Positions 39,090 through 51,277 of a stretch of DNA of 64,000 nucleotides are shown one piece after another. The stretch is from Eledone cirrhosa. Lineage: Eukaryota. A program made the position numbers and the translations under genes. The notes beneath the pieces were generated by a model that made no database searches, was not told where the DNA came from, and was given only the letters and a program-made list of their open reading frames with translations. The stretch covers positions 1 through 64,000 of the forward strand of contig CAXHJY010000892.1 of assembly GCA_964016885.1 (NCBI GenBank). Direction: 5' to 3'. The stretch's first letter is position 1. Each line of letters opens with the position of its first letter.

Positions 39090-40265
39090 AATTACAGAGG
39101 AGCTTAAGAGCAGCTGCCCATGAGAACTTCTGTATGCGGATGATCTTACGCTCATAGCTGAATCCATGGTTGAACTAGAGAAGAAATTCCAAACATGGAA
39201 GCAGGGCCTAGAAAGAAGGGGTCTCAAAGTCAACCTGACAAAGACTAAGGTCCTAGTAAGTAGAAAAGAAAACAGAACCCAAATCTCCTCAGGGAAATGA
39301 CCTTGTTTAGTATGTAGGAAAGGTGTTGGTAGAAATTCCATCCTCTATCCCATATGCAAAATGTGGGTACACAAGAGATGTAGTGGGATCACAGGAAGTT
39401 TAGCTAAGAATGTAGGCTTTACATGTAGCAGTTACACTGGAACAGTAATCAGTAAAGGACTGCAGGAAACAAGCACTACCAAATTCTCGGAGGGCTCTGT
39501 AGAAATAGTAGATAGCTTCTGCTTCTTAGGTGACCGAATTAGCAGCAGTGGTGAGTGTTCTGAAAGTACAGTAGCCAGAGTAAGAACGGGATGGAGGAAG
39601 TTGAGGGAGCTACTACCACTGCTAGCTACAAAAGGCTTCTCCCTCATAATGAAAGGCAGACTGTATGATGCATGTGTATGTACAGCTATGTTACATGGTA
39701 GTAAGACTTGGATGCTGTGTGCAGAAGGCTTGCATAGATTGGAAAGAAAAGAAGCCTGCATACTCCGATGGATGTGTAATAGTAATATATGAGAACGGCA
39801 AAGCATAAATGAACTGAGAGAGGAACTAAGCATAAGAGGAATCAAATGCTGTGTGCAGGAGAGGAGATTGCATTGGTATGAACATGTATTGTGAATGAAG
39901 GATGACAGCTACATAAAAAAAGTGCAGAGCGCTCAAAGTCGCTGGAAGCCTTGGAGTGGGGAGACCCAGGAAGACCTGGGATGAGGTGATAAAAGCCGAT
40001 CTTGCCCAATTGCACCTCTTAAAGGTGATGACACATGACCGGGATCTCTGGCAATATGCAGTAATACAGAAGACCTGACTTCCCATGAGCACAAGATGAA
40101 GCATATGTACAGTATGCCCAACCCCCCAGCCCACACTATAAAGTGGACGTGTAAAAGACACGGCAAAACACAGCCAACCCACACTGTAAAGTGGATGTGC
40201 AAAAGACATGGCAAAAAAAGCACTCAACCCACACTGTAAAGTGGATGTGTAAAAGACATGGCAAT
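39090..40265 (+). mobile_element. RTE LINE, 5'-truncated, with about 48-bp 3'-UTR tandem repeats
   Basis: ELLYADD, WVHKRC, GRLYDACV. Confidence 0.9.
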
Positions 40266-42189
40266 GACTCCCATGACTACTATGATGTATTATGTCACTC
40301 ATCCTTTACCTAAATTCTTTTACTTTCTATGTCTCTGATACATTATACTTTCCATTAAATAATCCTTCGCATATTTACCATTAACTATATAGATATATTT
40401 GTCTTATTAATTGCCCCACCTATGCCTTGGGATACATTCGCTATATAATATACAATAGTGTCTTCATATTATGGTGATAGCCTGGTTTGAATGTATGTAC
40501 CTTGCCTATGTGGATTACATCCAGTATGATTATGGGACTGACTGGCGCATGGAACCTAGGGACAGCTGGGGATTGTGTATAGTTTTTCCTATCTCATTCT
40601 ATCCTATGTAGCTTCAATTTTGATACTACTCGACTTTAGCACTAACTTCACTAGAATGGATGGCTACAAATACATGGCATGTTACAACACTGGCTGGCTA
40701 TGGGTACCCTTCTTGCTGCACTCGGGGCAACAGGATCTGTCCACCACCTAGAGTGCTTGGAAATAAACTAAATTTCCCTTTCTTATGGTAAACCGTAATT
40801 ACTTGGAACGGTTGGTGACCTTTGGGCCCTGTTTGGGGGGGGGGGGGGGGAGTCACCTTTCTCAGTTGTTGTTAACCGCCATACCTTACTACTATCGTAA
40901 TTTAATTTAATATAACATTGAATTATGAGGAGAATCCGAAGCAGATAGCAACTGAACTTAGCTTAACTAACAGTGTGTTATTTGTCTTATTAGGTCCCTG
41001 ATTTACACAACTCTATAATTGGAATCATTAATGTAACTGGTCTACTTATTTAAATACTCAGTTTTAATCTTCAATTCTTAAAATTACAAAAGATTGTCAT
41101 GCAAAAAATTCCAATTGATCTTTATGTTATATATATCTAGCTTGTCACCCTTCTAATTTGTGAATGTAAATGTGTGTCATCTAATTTCTCATTCTTTCTT
41201 CTGATGCAAGACTAGCGTCCAAAACGTTAAGACCCTCTTCCTGTTATTTCAAGCATTAAACTAATATATTCCTTCCATATACTGTACCGTTTGTGTTGTT
41301 ATTTCTGTTTACCTTTTACATACATATGTATGTGTGTGTCTGTGTATATTTATATATATGTGTGTGTGTGTCTCCGTCTGTCTGTAAAGCTTGTTTGGTG
41401 ATATTTGATATTTTCTACCAATAAAACCTTTTACAAAGGTTGTATGTTGTACAGCAAGGTATCTAATGAGTTATCACAATTAACAATAATTTATAATGTG
41501 CTGCTCAAGCATGGCCATAACTGTCAAAGTGATGGTGGAAATAATGTTGATGATCGTGGAGGTGGTAGTAATGATGTTGATAATTGTGGTGGTGATGAAG
41601 CTGATGATGATGATTGTAGTGGGGGTGGTGATGGTGGTGGTGTTTTAGTGGTAGGGATAGTGACTATGGTGGAGGCAATGATGATTACGATGTTGGTTGT
41701 GTAATGGTGGTGGTGATGATGATGATGATGGAAGTGATGTTGGTGATGAGTAAAGTGTATGTTTTTAGATAGAATCAATTTGTATGCTCTGTGGTCTGTT
41801 ATGTAATGTTTCTCCAACGCTAATGGGGTGTCTGTCTGGTTATCTATCTTTTGTGGTGGTGGATCTAATAAATTTGGCTGGTGATGGGTTCACTTCTGGA
41901 ACTTGTTTGAACTGCCAGAATTAGGGCCTGTTTCAGTAGTAGGCTTTGGATGTAGTGAGAGAGAAGGAAGGAGGAAAGTTGGGTTTGGGAGAAATATTGA
42001 AAAAAATAGATTTTTAAGTGACGAAAAGAAAAAGAGAAAAGGGGGTTGTTGTATCACTGATGTTTTGTGTATATATATATGTATATAGGAGCATTGTTTG
42101 ATCTTTGTCAGTTCTGATAACTAGTGTTCCAGTCTAGATGATGTAATCAACAGAACTACCTGCGGTGGAAATTAGTATGTATTCATGGT

Positions 42190-42365
42190 TCCACACTGTA
42201 AATGTGGTTAGTGTTAGGAAGGTCATCCAGCTGTAGAAAACCTGCCAGATAGTCCTATACGAGCAAGACACGGTCACCCGACCAATCTTGCCTCAAGTGG
42301 GATAATTCCATCTAGCCCATGCTAGCGTGAAAGATAGACATTAAATGATGATGATGATGATGATG
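42190..42365 (+). mobile_element. RTE 3'-UTR retrocopy
   Basis: Matches RTE tails; (GAT)n end. Confidence 0.85.
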
Positions 42366-43023
42366 TCACTGAGCATTCAACAGTATTTAGTATTTACATT
42401 ACTCTATATATACTATTGTATTTTCACAGTAAAGGCTTTATCTTACATAATTATCTCACATAGTATTGAATCTGAGATTTTGATATTATTCATTTTGAGA
42501 ACAATACCTTAACGTCATTATGAGTGGCTAGTTATGACCAGTTTGAACAGAAAGAGGTGAGAGAATTCTCGCCAGATACGGTCGGTTTAAATGCTAAAGG
42601 GTTAACGTAGTTTTCAGTGAGATTCAGCAAGACAAAATATGACAAAGCTGGCCTCTTGAATTACACTAACTACTATGTAGTAATTGGTTGTTGTAGCAAA
42701 GTCATGAATTATCTTTTGCAGAATTGCTAACGAGTTGGACAAAATGCTTTGTAACATTTGTTCTACCTATTTACATTCTGAGTTAAATCTTACCTAAGTC
42801 AATTTTACTTCCATGCCTAAGCCAATTTTTAACTTTTATCCTTCCATGGTCAATAAAATAATGTATCAGTCAAGCACTGTGGTTGATGTAACCAGCTTTC
42901 CACTCCCCCAAATTACTGGACTTGTGCCTCAATTAGAAACATTTAAATCCCTTTTATAGCATATTGACCTGAATCGGCTCTGGTACTATAATAGTAAAAC
43001 TACTCATTTTTAAATGTTTCTAT

Positions 43024-43222
43024 TTAACTCTTAACATCCTATAATGGTTTAGAAGAAAACATTTCAAAACGGGTTTATGAATTCAAATATTTTAGTACTT
43101 GTGAAAATTTGCAATAAACTAAGGTAAAGACTTCAATTTTTAATGTGATGATGCAGTCATAGTGTTTTGTACTTTTCTAGAGTGCTAATGTGATGTCATG
43201 CAATACTGACGTTAAGAGTTAA
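43024..43222. mobile_element. TTAA-flanked MITE nested in another MITE
   Basis: TTAACTCTTAACATC...GACGTTAAGAGTTAA. Confidence 0.7.
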
Positions 43223-43812
43223 ATTTAAATCTTCCAACATAATTTGATATAAGTATCTTTCAAGTTATTGTACATTTATCATTATAACAATGAAATGATA
43301 AATGATTTTAATAAATCCTTCCAAATTCTTAATTAATTAATTAATTCAAAAACAGTTTATACCATTAGGAATATGGGAATAAAATAGTTAAAAACCCTAG
43401 TCATTATCAAATTCTCTATCTATCCAGGTTGGGTGGAAAGTAGAAGAGGAGGGGGATAATGAAAGAAGATGGGAGTGGAAGAGGAGTGGTGAGTAATGAT
43501 AGGCTGTGGGAATAGAAGTTAGAAGGGCAGGAGGGAGCTATAGTTTGTTAAGTCTCATTCCACCAGAATTTGTTTCAAAGAGGCCAAAGATAACAGCGAC
43601 AGACATGGCATTGAATTTGAAACCAACCAGAATCACTACTACCACCACCTCAACCAGCACTATTACTACAACACTGACACACCACCATGTCCTTCAAAAT
43701 TCCAGCCCTATCAGCCAAACAACAACCAACCAGCTCCAGTTGCTGGTATGGGGTGATGGACATCATCAGGCTACAGCTCTTGAATTAGGTAGTTTCTATA
43801 TTATTCTTTCTT

Positions 43813-43980
<168 letters not shown>

Positions 43981-45124
43981 TTAACGAAGTAGTTGTTAGA
44001 ATGATTATAACAAAGTTGTAGTAGTTGTTAGAATGATTATAACAAAGTTGTTAGATGAAATAACAAGAATGGCCGTTTTACTTCATATATAAAGGTTTAC
44101 TTCACTTCAGTCAAAAAGAACAATAAACAAGTAACCACGAGTTGCGGGGTTGACAATGTTATTTTGTTGTTGGTTCATGAGGCTGTTGTAGTCTGAGACC
44201 ATAGTGAGTGAGAGAGAGTAATGGTCTGTAGTTGACTGTAGACCACTGTGGCCTGTAGATAGCGGTGAATCTTTCACATAGCTGGTCTGTATCGTGGTGC
44301 TCCGATCTCTGTGTGTCTAAGGTGGGAAAATATAGGCTTTATATACCTGCTGCTTTCTGTCTCCCACCTTGAGGGGATAGCCCATGCATTAACCTGTTCA
44401 CACCAAAAAGGGTGGTGACCTAGAGTTTGACCTTTAGGTGTCACCCAAAGTTCAAGGTGTGGACAGATTTTGCTACATATATATCATCAACATTCTTTTA
44501 CAACTACTTTCCATTCTGGTATAGATTGGATGAGTCATCATGGTCTGAGGCTAGATGGGTTGGAGAACCATATCTTGTTGTACATTCCAATTTGGCATAC
44601 TTTCTATAGCTGGATATCCTTCCTGACAGCAGCCACTGTATATTCATATATATTATTGTTTTCAATCTCCCTTCCATATAAATTTGTTTTGTTAGATCTT
44701 CATTGGTTCCAGTGATGAGTGTTCTAGTTGTTTGGTTAATGGAACAGCCTGCTCATGAAATTAGCATGCAAATGGCTGAGCATTCTACAAACATATATAC
44801 TCCTAACACAATTCACTGAGAAATTCAGTATGACACAGTGTGTGAAAAAGCTAGCTCTTTGTATTACAGGTACAACTCATTTTTGCCAGCTGAGTGGAGC
44901 AATGTGTACTAAAGTTCATTGTTTAAAGCCACAATATGTGGACAGGAATTGAACTCAACCTTACAATCATGAGCCGAACTCCCTAAACTCACAGAAATAT
45001 GCTGTCACCCCATATATATATACACACATATTAATTAGAGTATGTGTTAGTTTATCACGAACACTTTAGTATGCAGGGTAGAATACTGAACAAAATACAC
45101 AAGTGGGTCTGTTTACTCCGGAGT

Positions 45125-45588
45125 ATATTTATAATCATGAAGTACAAGTCAACAGGTTATAATTCACTTGATTTATTCATAATTGGTGTTATATATATTT
45201 CAGTGATAACTGTTAGGCAACAGCTATGACCTCATCAGACAGCTAGAAGTTGAACAGAAAAAACAGAAAGAAGAAATAAAGCTTAGCTCTGTTGTTTCAA
45301 GTCATTGATATGCTCTGGGCTGGTATTTGGTGTTATTTTCTCAAAGCACCAGTAACATATGTCACTGGTGCTTTGAGAAAGTAACACCAAATACCAGCCC
45401 GGGACTTATCAAAGAATGGAAACAACAGAACTAAGCTTTTCTTCTTCTTTGTTTTTCTGTTCAACTTCTAGCTGTCTGATTAGGTCATAACTGTTGCCTA
45501 ACGGTTATCACCAAAATATATATAACAGTGATTATGAATAAATGAAGTGAATTATTGTATATTACTTGTACTTCATGATTATAAATAT
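45125..45588. repeat. 464-bp spacerless palindrome carrying two divergent hammerhead motifs
   Basis: Centre ACCAGTAACAT|ATGTCACTGGT; arms align over about 230 bp. Confidence 0.92.
45186..45243 (-). ncRNA. Type I hammerhead ribozyme, intact core (mirror copy 45471-45529 has core mutations)
   Basis: gctgt-CTGATGA-ggtcatagctgtt gcct aacagttatcact-GAAA-tatata-TA-aca. Confidence 0.75.
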
Positions 45589-45899
45589 TACAAAGGGAGA
45601 CAGAAAAAGATGGTAGTTACAATACTGGACATGTTTTTTGATCCAGGCACTGAGTGGAGGGAAGGGGGAGAGAAAGCCCAACTGTTGTTGTTGATCTTGA
45701 CCTGAGTATGTTGGTGTGTATATACATTTGTGAATTAATTAGTTATGTTTTTAAGTTATCTGCCTAATTATGATGATATCTGTGCAAGCCCAACAGATTT
45801 AAAGGTTATTCCAATTCAACATTTATATTGCTAAACACTCAGGTATTAATGTGCATATGGATGGGCTAAAAACAACAATATGCAATTTATTGCAGGTAA

Positions 45900-46575
45900 G
45901 TTTCAAGCCCTCTGCTATCAACCCACAAACATAGAACCACCACAACAAATGCACACTGGACCAGGAGGAATTGAAATCCCTGAGTCAAAATCCATTGGGG
46001 ACGTAGGAAAAAGGGAAGTTTATGGGAGGGGAGATAGTAGGGAATGGTGTTGCCTACTAGGAATATGCCCCAGCCCAAGAATAAGATGGCAGGTCTTTTG
46101 TAATACTTCATAGCGCCAGAGGTCACTGTCCTGAGTCATCGCCTTAGTGAGGTGTAATTGAGCAATGAAAATGGCACACTCCAAGATAATACCAAAACCA
46201 TGGGTGAGATACTGCAGAAACTATACTGCTCTGTTTTCAGCAATCCTGATATGACTGATCTAGGATGTATCAGTGATGTTAATCCCCAACACACTCTATC
46301 AGACATAACGTTTGGTGCCCCAGATGTCTTAGCGTCAATAAACAAAATTAAACACAATCCAGCAGTAGGCCCCGATAGGTTCCCTGCTTGTGTCCTGCAG
46401 GTGTGTTGACACTAACTTGGATCTCCTCTTGCAAATTTGTGGAGAAACTCACTGGATGCTGGCTATAATCCTGAAAACAGTCTGTCCCAGTTTTCAAAAA
46501 GGGAAACAAATCCCTGCAGTGAACTACCATCCGGTCTCACTCACCTCTCTTATCATCAAAGTTTTTGAGCAATAA
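45900..46575 (+). mobile_element. Degraded CR1-like LINE fragment (linker and RT N-terminus)
   Basis: EILQKLYCSVFS, AVGPDRFP, NYHPVSLTS..KVFE. Confidence 0.75.
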
Positions 46576-46619
46576 AAAATCACATGCCTGTGTCAGCAAA
46601 CCCATAAAAACTAAATCCT

Positions 46620-46663
46620 TAAGGGATTTTCAAACCCCAGGCAACGCCGGGTAAATCTGCTAG
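46620..46663 (+). mobile_element. Helitron 3' end
   Basis: CCC.GGCAACGCC.GGG hairpin then CTAG|T, related to the end at 17106. Confidence 0.6.
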
Positions 46664-46855
46664 TATATATATATATGTATATATATATATGCATATATTT
46701 GTATATATATATGTATATATATATATATGCATATATTTGTATATATATTTGTATATATATGCATATATTTGTATATATATTTGTATATATATGTATATAT
46801 TTGTATATATATATATATATGTATATATTTGTATATATATATATATGTATATATT

Positions 46856-46903
<48 letters not shown>

Positions 46904-46904
46904 C

Positions 46905-46938
<34 letters not shown>

Positions 46939-46952
<14 letters not shown>

Positions 46953-49770
46953 GTATATAAGGGGAACACGCCAATCAGATACATTATATCCTTACCAGAA
47001 GACGTGACAGAGTGTCTGTTGTAAACACTAAATCCCTCCCCCCATGAAGAATGCACCTCCCAACATAGCCTCATAGTTAGCGACCTCATAGTCAGGACGA
47101 GACGTACTCGACAACAGAGGAGGACTATCCTTAGGAGAAAAATATGGAAGTTAAAGGACCCCACAGCCAGTAATAAATTTAAAAGCATATTACTTGATGC
47201 TTTTGACAGTAAGGAAGAGCAATTAGAGTCGCACAATATAGAGGAACAGTGGGAATTCCTGAAAGCTAACCTGCTGAAGGCAACAGATGAAATCTGTGGC
47301 TGGAGCAGACCTATAGGCAGGAGGAGAGTAACTTGGTGGTGGAACAGTAAGGTGGAGGAGTCAATTAAGGCCAAAAAGCAGGTTTAGAAAGTATGGCGGG
47401 ATGGGGGAAGTAGAAAAGACTATCAAGTGGCCAGGAGGGAAGCTAGGAGACAAGTGTACTTCGCAAGAAGGGAAGCAGAGGAAAGAAAGTTAAAGCATGT
47501 TCTACAACGCGATGACGAAAAACGTGAGGTGTTCAGGATTGCTAGGCAATGTGTCAAGGAAAACCGTGATATTGTCGGGTAGAGGTGTGTCCATAATAAT
47601 AATGGTGTACTTGCCCTCACTGATACTGATAAGAAGATAGCTTGGAAGTGTCACTACGAGAGACTACTAAATGAGGAGAATAAATGGGAGAAAGACAGTC
47701 TTCCCCACATCGATCCAATAGAGTGACCAGCAGTGCAAGTTGAAGGTAGTATAATAAGTAAGGCAATCAAAGATATGAAGACGGGCAAGGCGGCTGGGCC
47801 TTCAGAAATAGTTGCTGAAATGCTGAAAGCATCTGGAACGGTGGGACACACTATGGTCACCTGGATAGTTAACCAAGTCATACAGAATGGGGTCGTACCA
47901 AAGGACTGGCGTAGCAGCATCATCATTAACTGCTACAAGGGTAAAGGGGATGCCCTAGATAGGGGAAACTATAGAGGCATTAAATTAATTGACCAGGTCA
48001 TGAAGGTCACAGAAAAAGTAATAGCGCAACTAATCAGAGACCGAATTGAACTCGATGAAATGCAGTTCGGGTTTGTGTCAGGTAAAAGTACCACAGGCGC
48101 ACTTTTCATTGTACGACAACTACAGGAGAAGTACCTAGCTAAAAATAAACCCCTATACTTAGCTTTTGTTGACTTGGAGAAAGCCTTTGACAGAGTCGCA
48201 CACCCCATTATCTGGTGGGCCCTCAAAAAACTAGGTGTTGATGAATGGCTGGTGAGAGCTATACAAGCCATGTATAAAGAAACAGTCAGCAAGGTTAGAA
48301 TTAACAACGAATATAGTGAAGAGTTTAGCGTAAGAGATGGTATTCATCAGGGCTCCGTCCTTAGCCCCCTCCTATTTATTATCGCCGTCTCCCCCCGGCT
48401 ATAACAGAGGAGTTCAAGACCGGCTGCCCATGGGAACTTCTAAACGCAGATGATCTAATGCTCATAGCCGAATCAATGGCTGAACTAGAGAAGAAATTCC
48501 AAACATGGAAGCATGGCCTAGAATCAAAAAGCCTTAAAATTAACTTGACTAGGACTAAAGTTCTAATATGTAGGAAGGAAAATAGGGCACTGGTCCCATC
48601 TGGGAAATGGCCATGCTCAGTGTGTAGGAAAGGAGTAGGCAGAAACTCCATTTTATGTCCCAAATGCAAAGTATGGGCGCATAAAACATGTAGTGGGATC
48701 ACAGGTAAGGTAACTAACAATATAGATTTTATAGTGGCCGGTGCTCAGGTGCAATAAGAAGCAGCAATGCCCACAGAATACTAGCTCATTCCATTGCCCA
48801 GATGGTTCTATAGAAATAGTGGACACCTTTCGTTACCTGGGTGACAAAATCAGCAGTGGTGGAGGGTGCTCCGAAAGTATTGTAGCTAGAGTCAGAACGG
48901 GATGGAAAAAGTTCAGAGAGCTTATACCACTATTGGCCGCTAAAGGTTTCTCTCTAAAAATGAAAGGCAGGCTGTATGATGCCTGCATACGAACAGCGAT
49001 GTTACATGGCAGTGAGACATGGGCCTTGTGTGCAGAGGATATACGCAGACTGGAGAGGAATGAAGCTTGCATGCTCTGTTGGATGTGTAATAGTAATATA
49101 CGCGAACGGCAAAGCATATATGAACTAAGTGAGAAATTAGGAATAAGAGGGATCAGATGCTGTTTGCTCGAGAGAAGACTACGTTGGTATGGTCACGTGA
49201 TGCGCATGAAAGACGACAGCTGTATAAAAAAGAGCAGGCCAATCAAAATAGACGGTAGCTACGGAGTAGGTAGACCCAGAAAAACCTGGGACGACTTGAT
49301 AAATTCCGACCTCACACACTCACACCTCTCCAAGACAATGTCACTAGACCGAGATCTTTGGCGCTACGCAGTAATACAGAAGACCTGCCTTGCCTAAGTA
49401 CAAAGCGAAACCTACAGTCAGTATGCACCTCTTAACCAAAATACACCCCGTCCCACTACCCCCACCCCACCCCCATCTACACCACCCCTTTCGATGTAAA
49501 GTTATGTTGGTACCACAACATCCAGTCCTAAATAAATGAGGTTGTGTAGGTGTCACGACAAAAAAACACAGTCCACGCTGTAATGTGGCCGTGTAGGTAA
49601 CACGGTAAAAACCTCCCAGTCCACACTAAACGTGGTTGGTGTTAGGAAGGGCATCCAGCCGTAGAAAACCCACCAGACAGTCTTGAACAAGACAACCAAT
49701 CTTGCCTCAAGTGGGACAATTCCCGTCCAGACCCAGGCTAGCGTGGAAGATGGACGTTAAACGATGATGA
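46939..49770 (+). mobile_element. RTE LINE (family A-related), decayed, EN end to tail, within (TA)n
   Basis: ORF fragments 47733-48404, 48458-48757, 48741-49397. Confidence 0.95.
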
Positions 49771-49804
49771 TATATATATATGTATATATATATATATATG
49801 TATA

Positions 49805-50348
49805 TACGAGGGCAATCCCAAAAGTAAGGTCTCCAAAGCGATGGGGATGCAGAGAAATATTTTGTACGGCTGTTGGCAACACTATTGTGATTGGTGCTTC
49901 CTTCACTCCCAAACAAGCATGCGCGCGCTTCGCTGGGATGCTCAATCTTGGCTTGGCAGCCGTTGAGAATGGAGCTCCCGTTGAACGCTACCGTCAAGTG
50001 CGAAGTTCGCGCAGTTATTCGGTTTTTGAACGCAAAATGCGTTTAACCGATTGAAATTAATCGCCAATTGATGGAAGTGTATGGACAGTCGTGCATGGAT
50101 GTCAAAAACGTTCGCAAGTGGTGTAGAGAGTTTACAGACCGTCGTACTGAAATTCACGACGAACAAAGGAGCGGGAGACCATCAATTTCCTACGAGAGAG
50201 TCGCAATTTTTCCGTTAAAATCCTGTGTATGGTGCTTCGGCAAACCTCAGGAACCAAAATGCAGAGAGCATCCAGAGTGATCCTCCGATCTTTATGCATG
50301 TTTTCCTCAACCTTTGCGACTGTCTCGTCGGAAATTGATGGTCTCCCG
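49805..50348 (+). mobile_element. Mariner transposon 5' fragment with inverted distal segment
   Basis: TA-CGAGGGCAATCCCAAAAGTAAG end; HTH VYG..VRKWCREF..DEQRSGRP; continuation VEENMHKDRRIT..TIHRIL on - strand. Confidence 0.85.
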
Positions 50349-50445
50349 GTCTTAGTCTTTATCTTTTTAGATAGATACATAGATATAAAGTTGCACCCTT
50401 ATAATATCTGTCTGCATTACGTCATTATGACGGTGTGTGTGTGTA

Positions 50446-50486
<41 letters not shown>

Positions 50487-50535
50487 TGAACGTTTTTCGA
50501 AATATTTACTTCTGCATTCACAGATTTATTATTTT

Positions 50536-50586
50536 AGTTTCAGAAGATCCCGTTAAGGGTGAAAGCAGCGATTCTTTGCTTAAACT
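50536..50586 (+). ncRNA. Hammerhead-like motif with mutated core (CAGAAGA)
   Basis: agttt-CAGAAGA-t ccc gttaa ggg t-GAAA-gca..tgc-TT-aaact. Confidence 0.55.
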
Positions 50587-51224
50587 TTAATCTGTTATTT
50601 TAATATATATGTGTGTGCCATCATCATCGTTTAACGTCCATCTTCCACGCTTGCATGGGTTTGGAATATGGGTGTATATATATATATATATATAATTATC
50701 TATAAGTCGTTTGGAAGCCTCGACAATGCAAATGGGTAAATCTCCGGGTAACAAGGTCCGGTGGTGGAGAGAAAGATGTAAGTGGGTGTACGTTGAGATG
50801 CGTGGTGTGTATAAGATGTGTGAGATGCGTAGAATGAAGGGAAGAGTATAAAGGATAAAAATAAGAATAGTAAAAAATACGGTGAAATCTTATATTTCTA
50901 ATTTCAAACTGGCTCACTGTTTCAAAACATACTTACTTGTATATATATATATGTATATGTATATATATGTATTTGTATATATATATGTATATGTATATAC
51001 ATATACATATATGTATATATATATATATATATAACCCATGCTAGCGTGGAAGAACGGACGTAAACGGTGATGATGATGATGATGATATGTATATATATAT
51101 ATGTATATGTATATAACCCATGCTAGCGTGGAAGAACGGACGTAAAACGGTGATTATATGTATATGTATATATATATATGTGTATATGTATATATATATG
51201 TATGTATGTATATGTATATGTATG

Positions 51225-51276
<52 letters not shown>

Positions 51277-51277
<1 letters not shown>

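Noticed and set aside
44049-44491. Solo LTR (TG...CA, TATA-like motif)
   Set aside because: No target-site duplication found and the boundaries are uncertain.
45125-45588. Editing-type mismatch skew in this palindrome and those at 34.9 and 37.2 kb
   Set aside because: Mismatches are mixed in type and direction, consistent with ordinary ageing.
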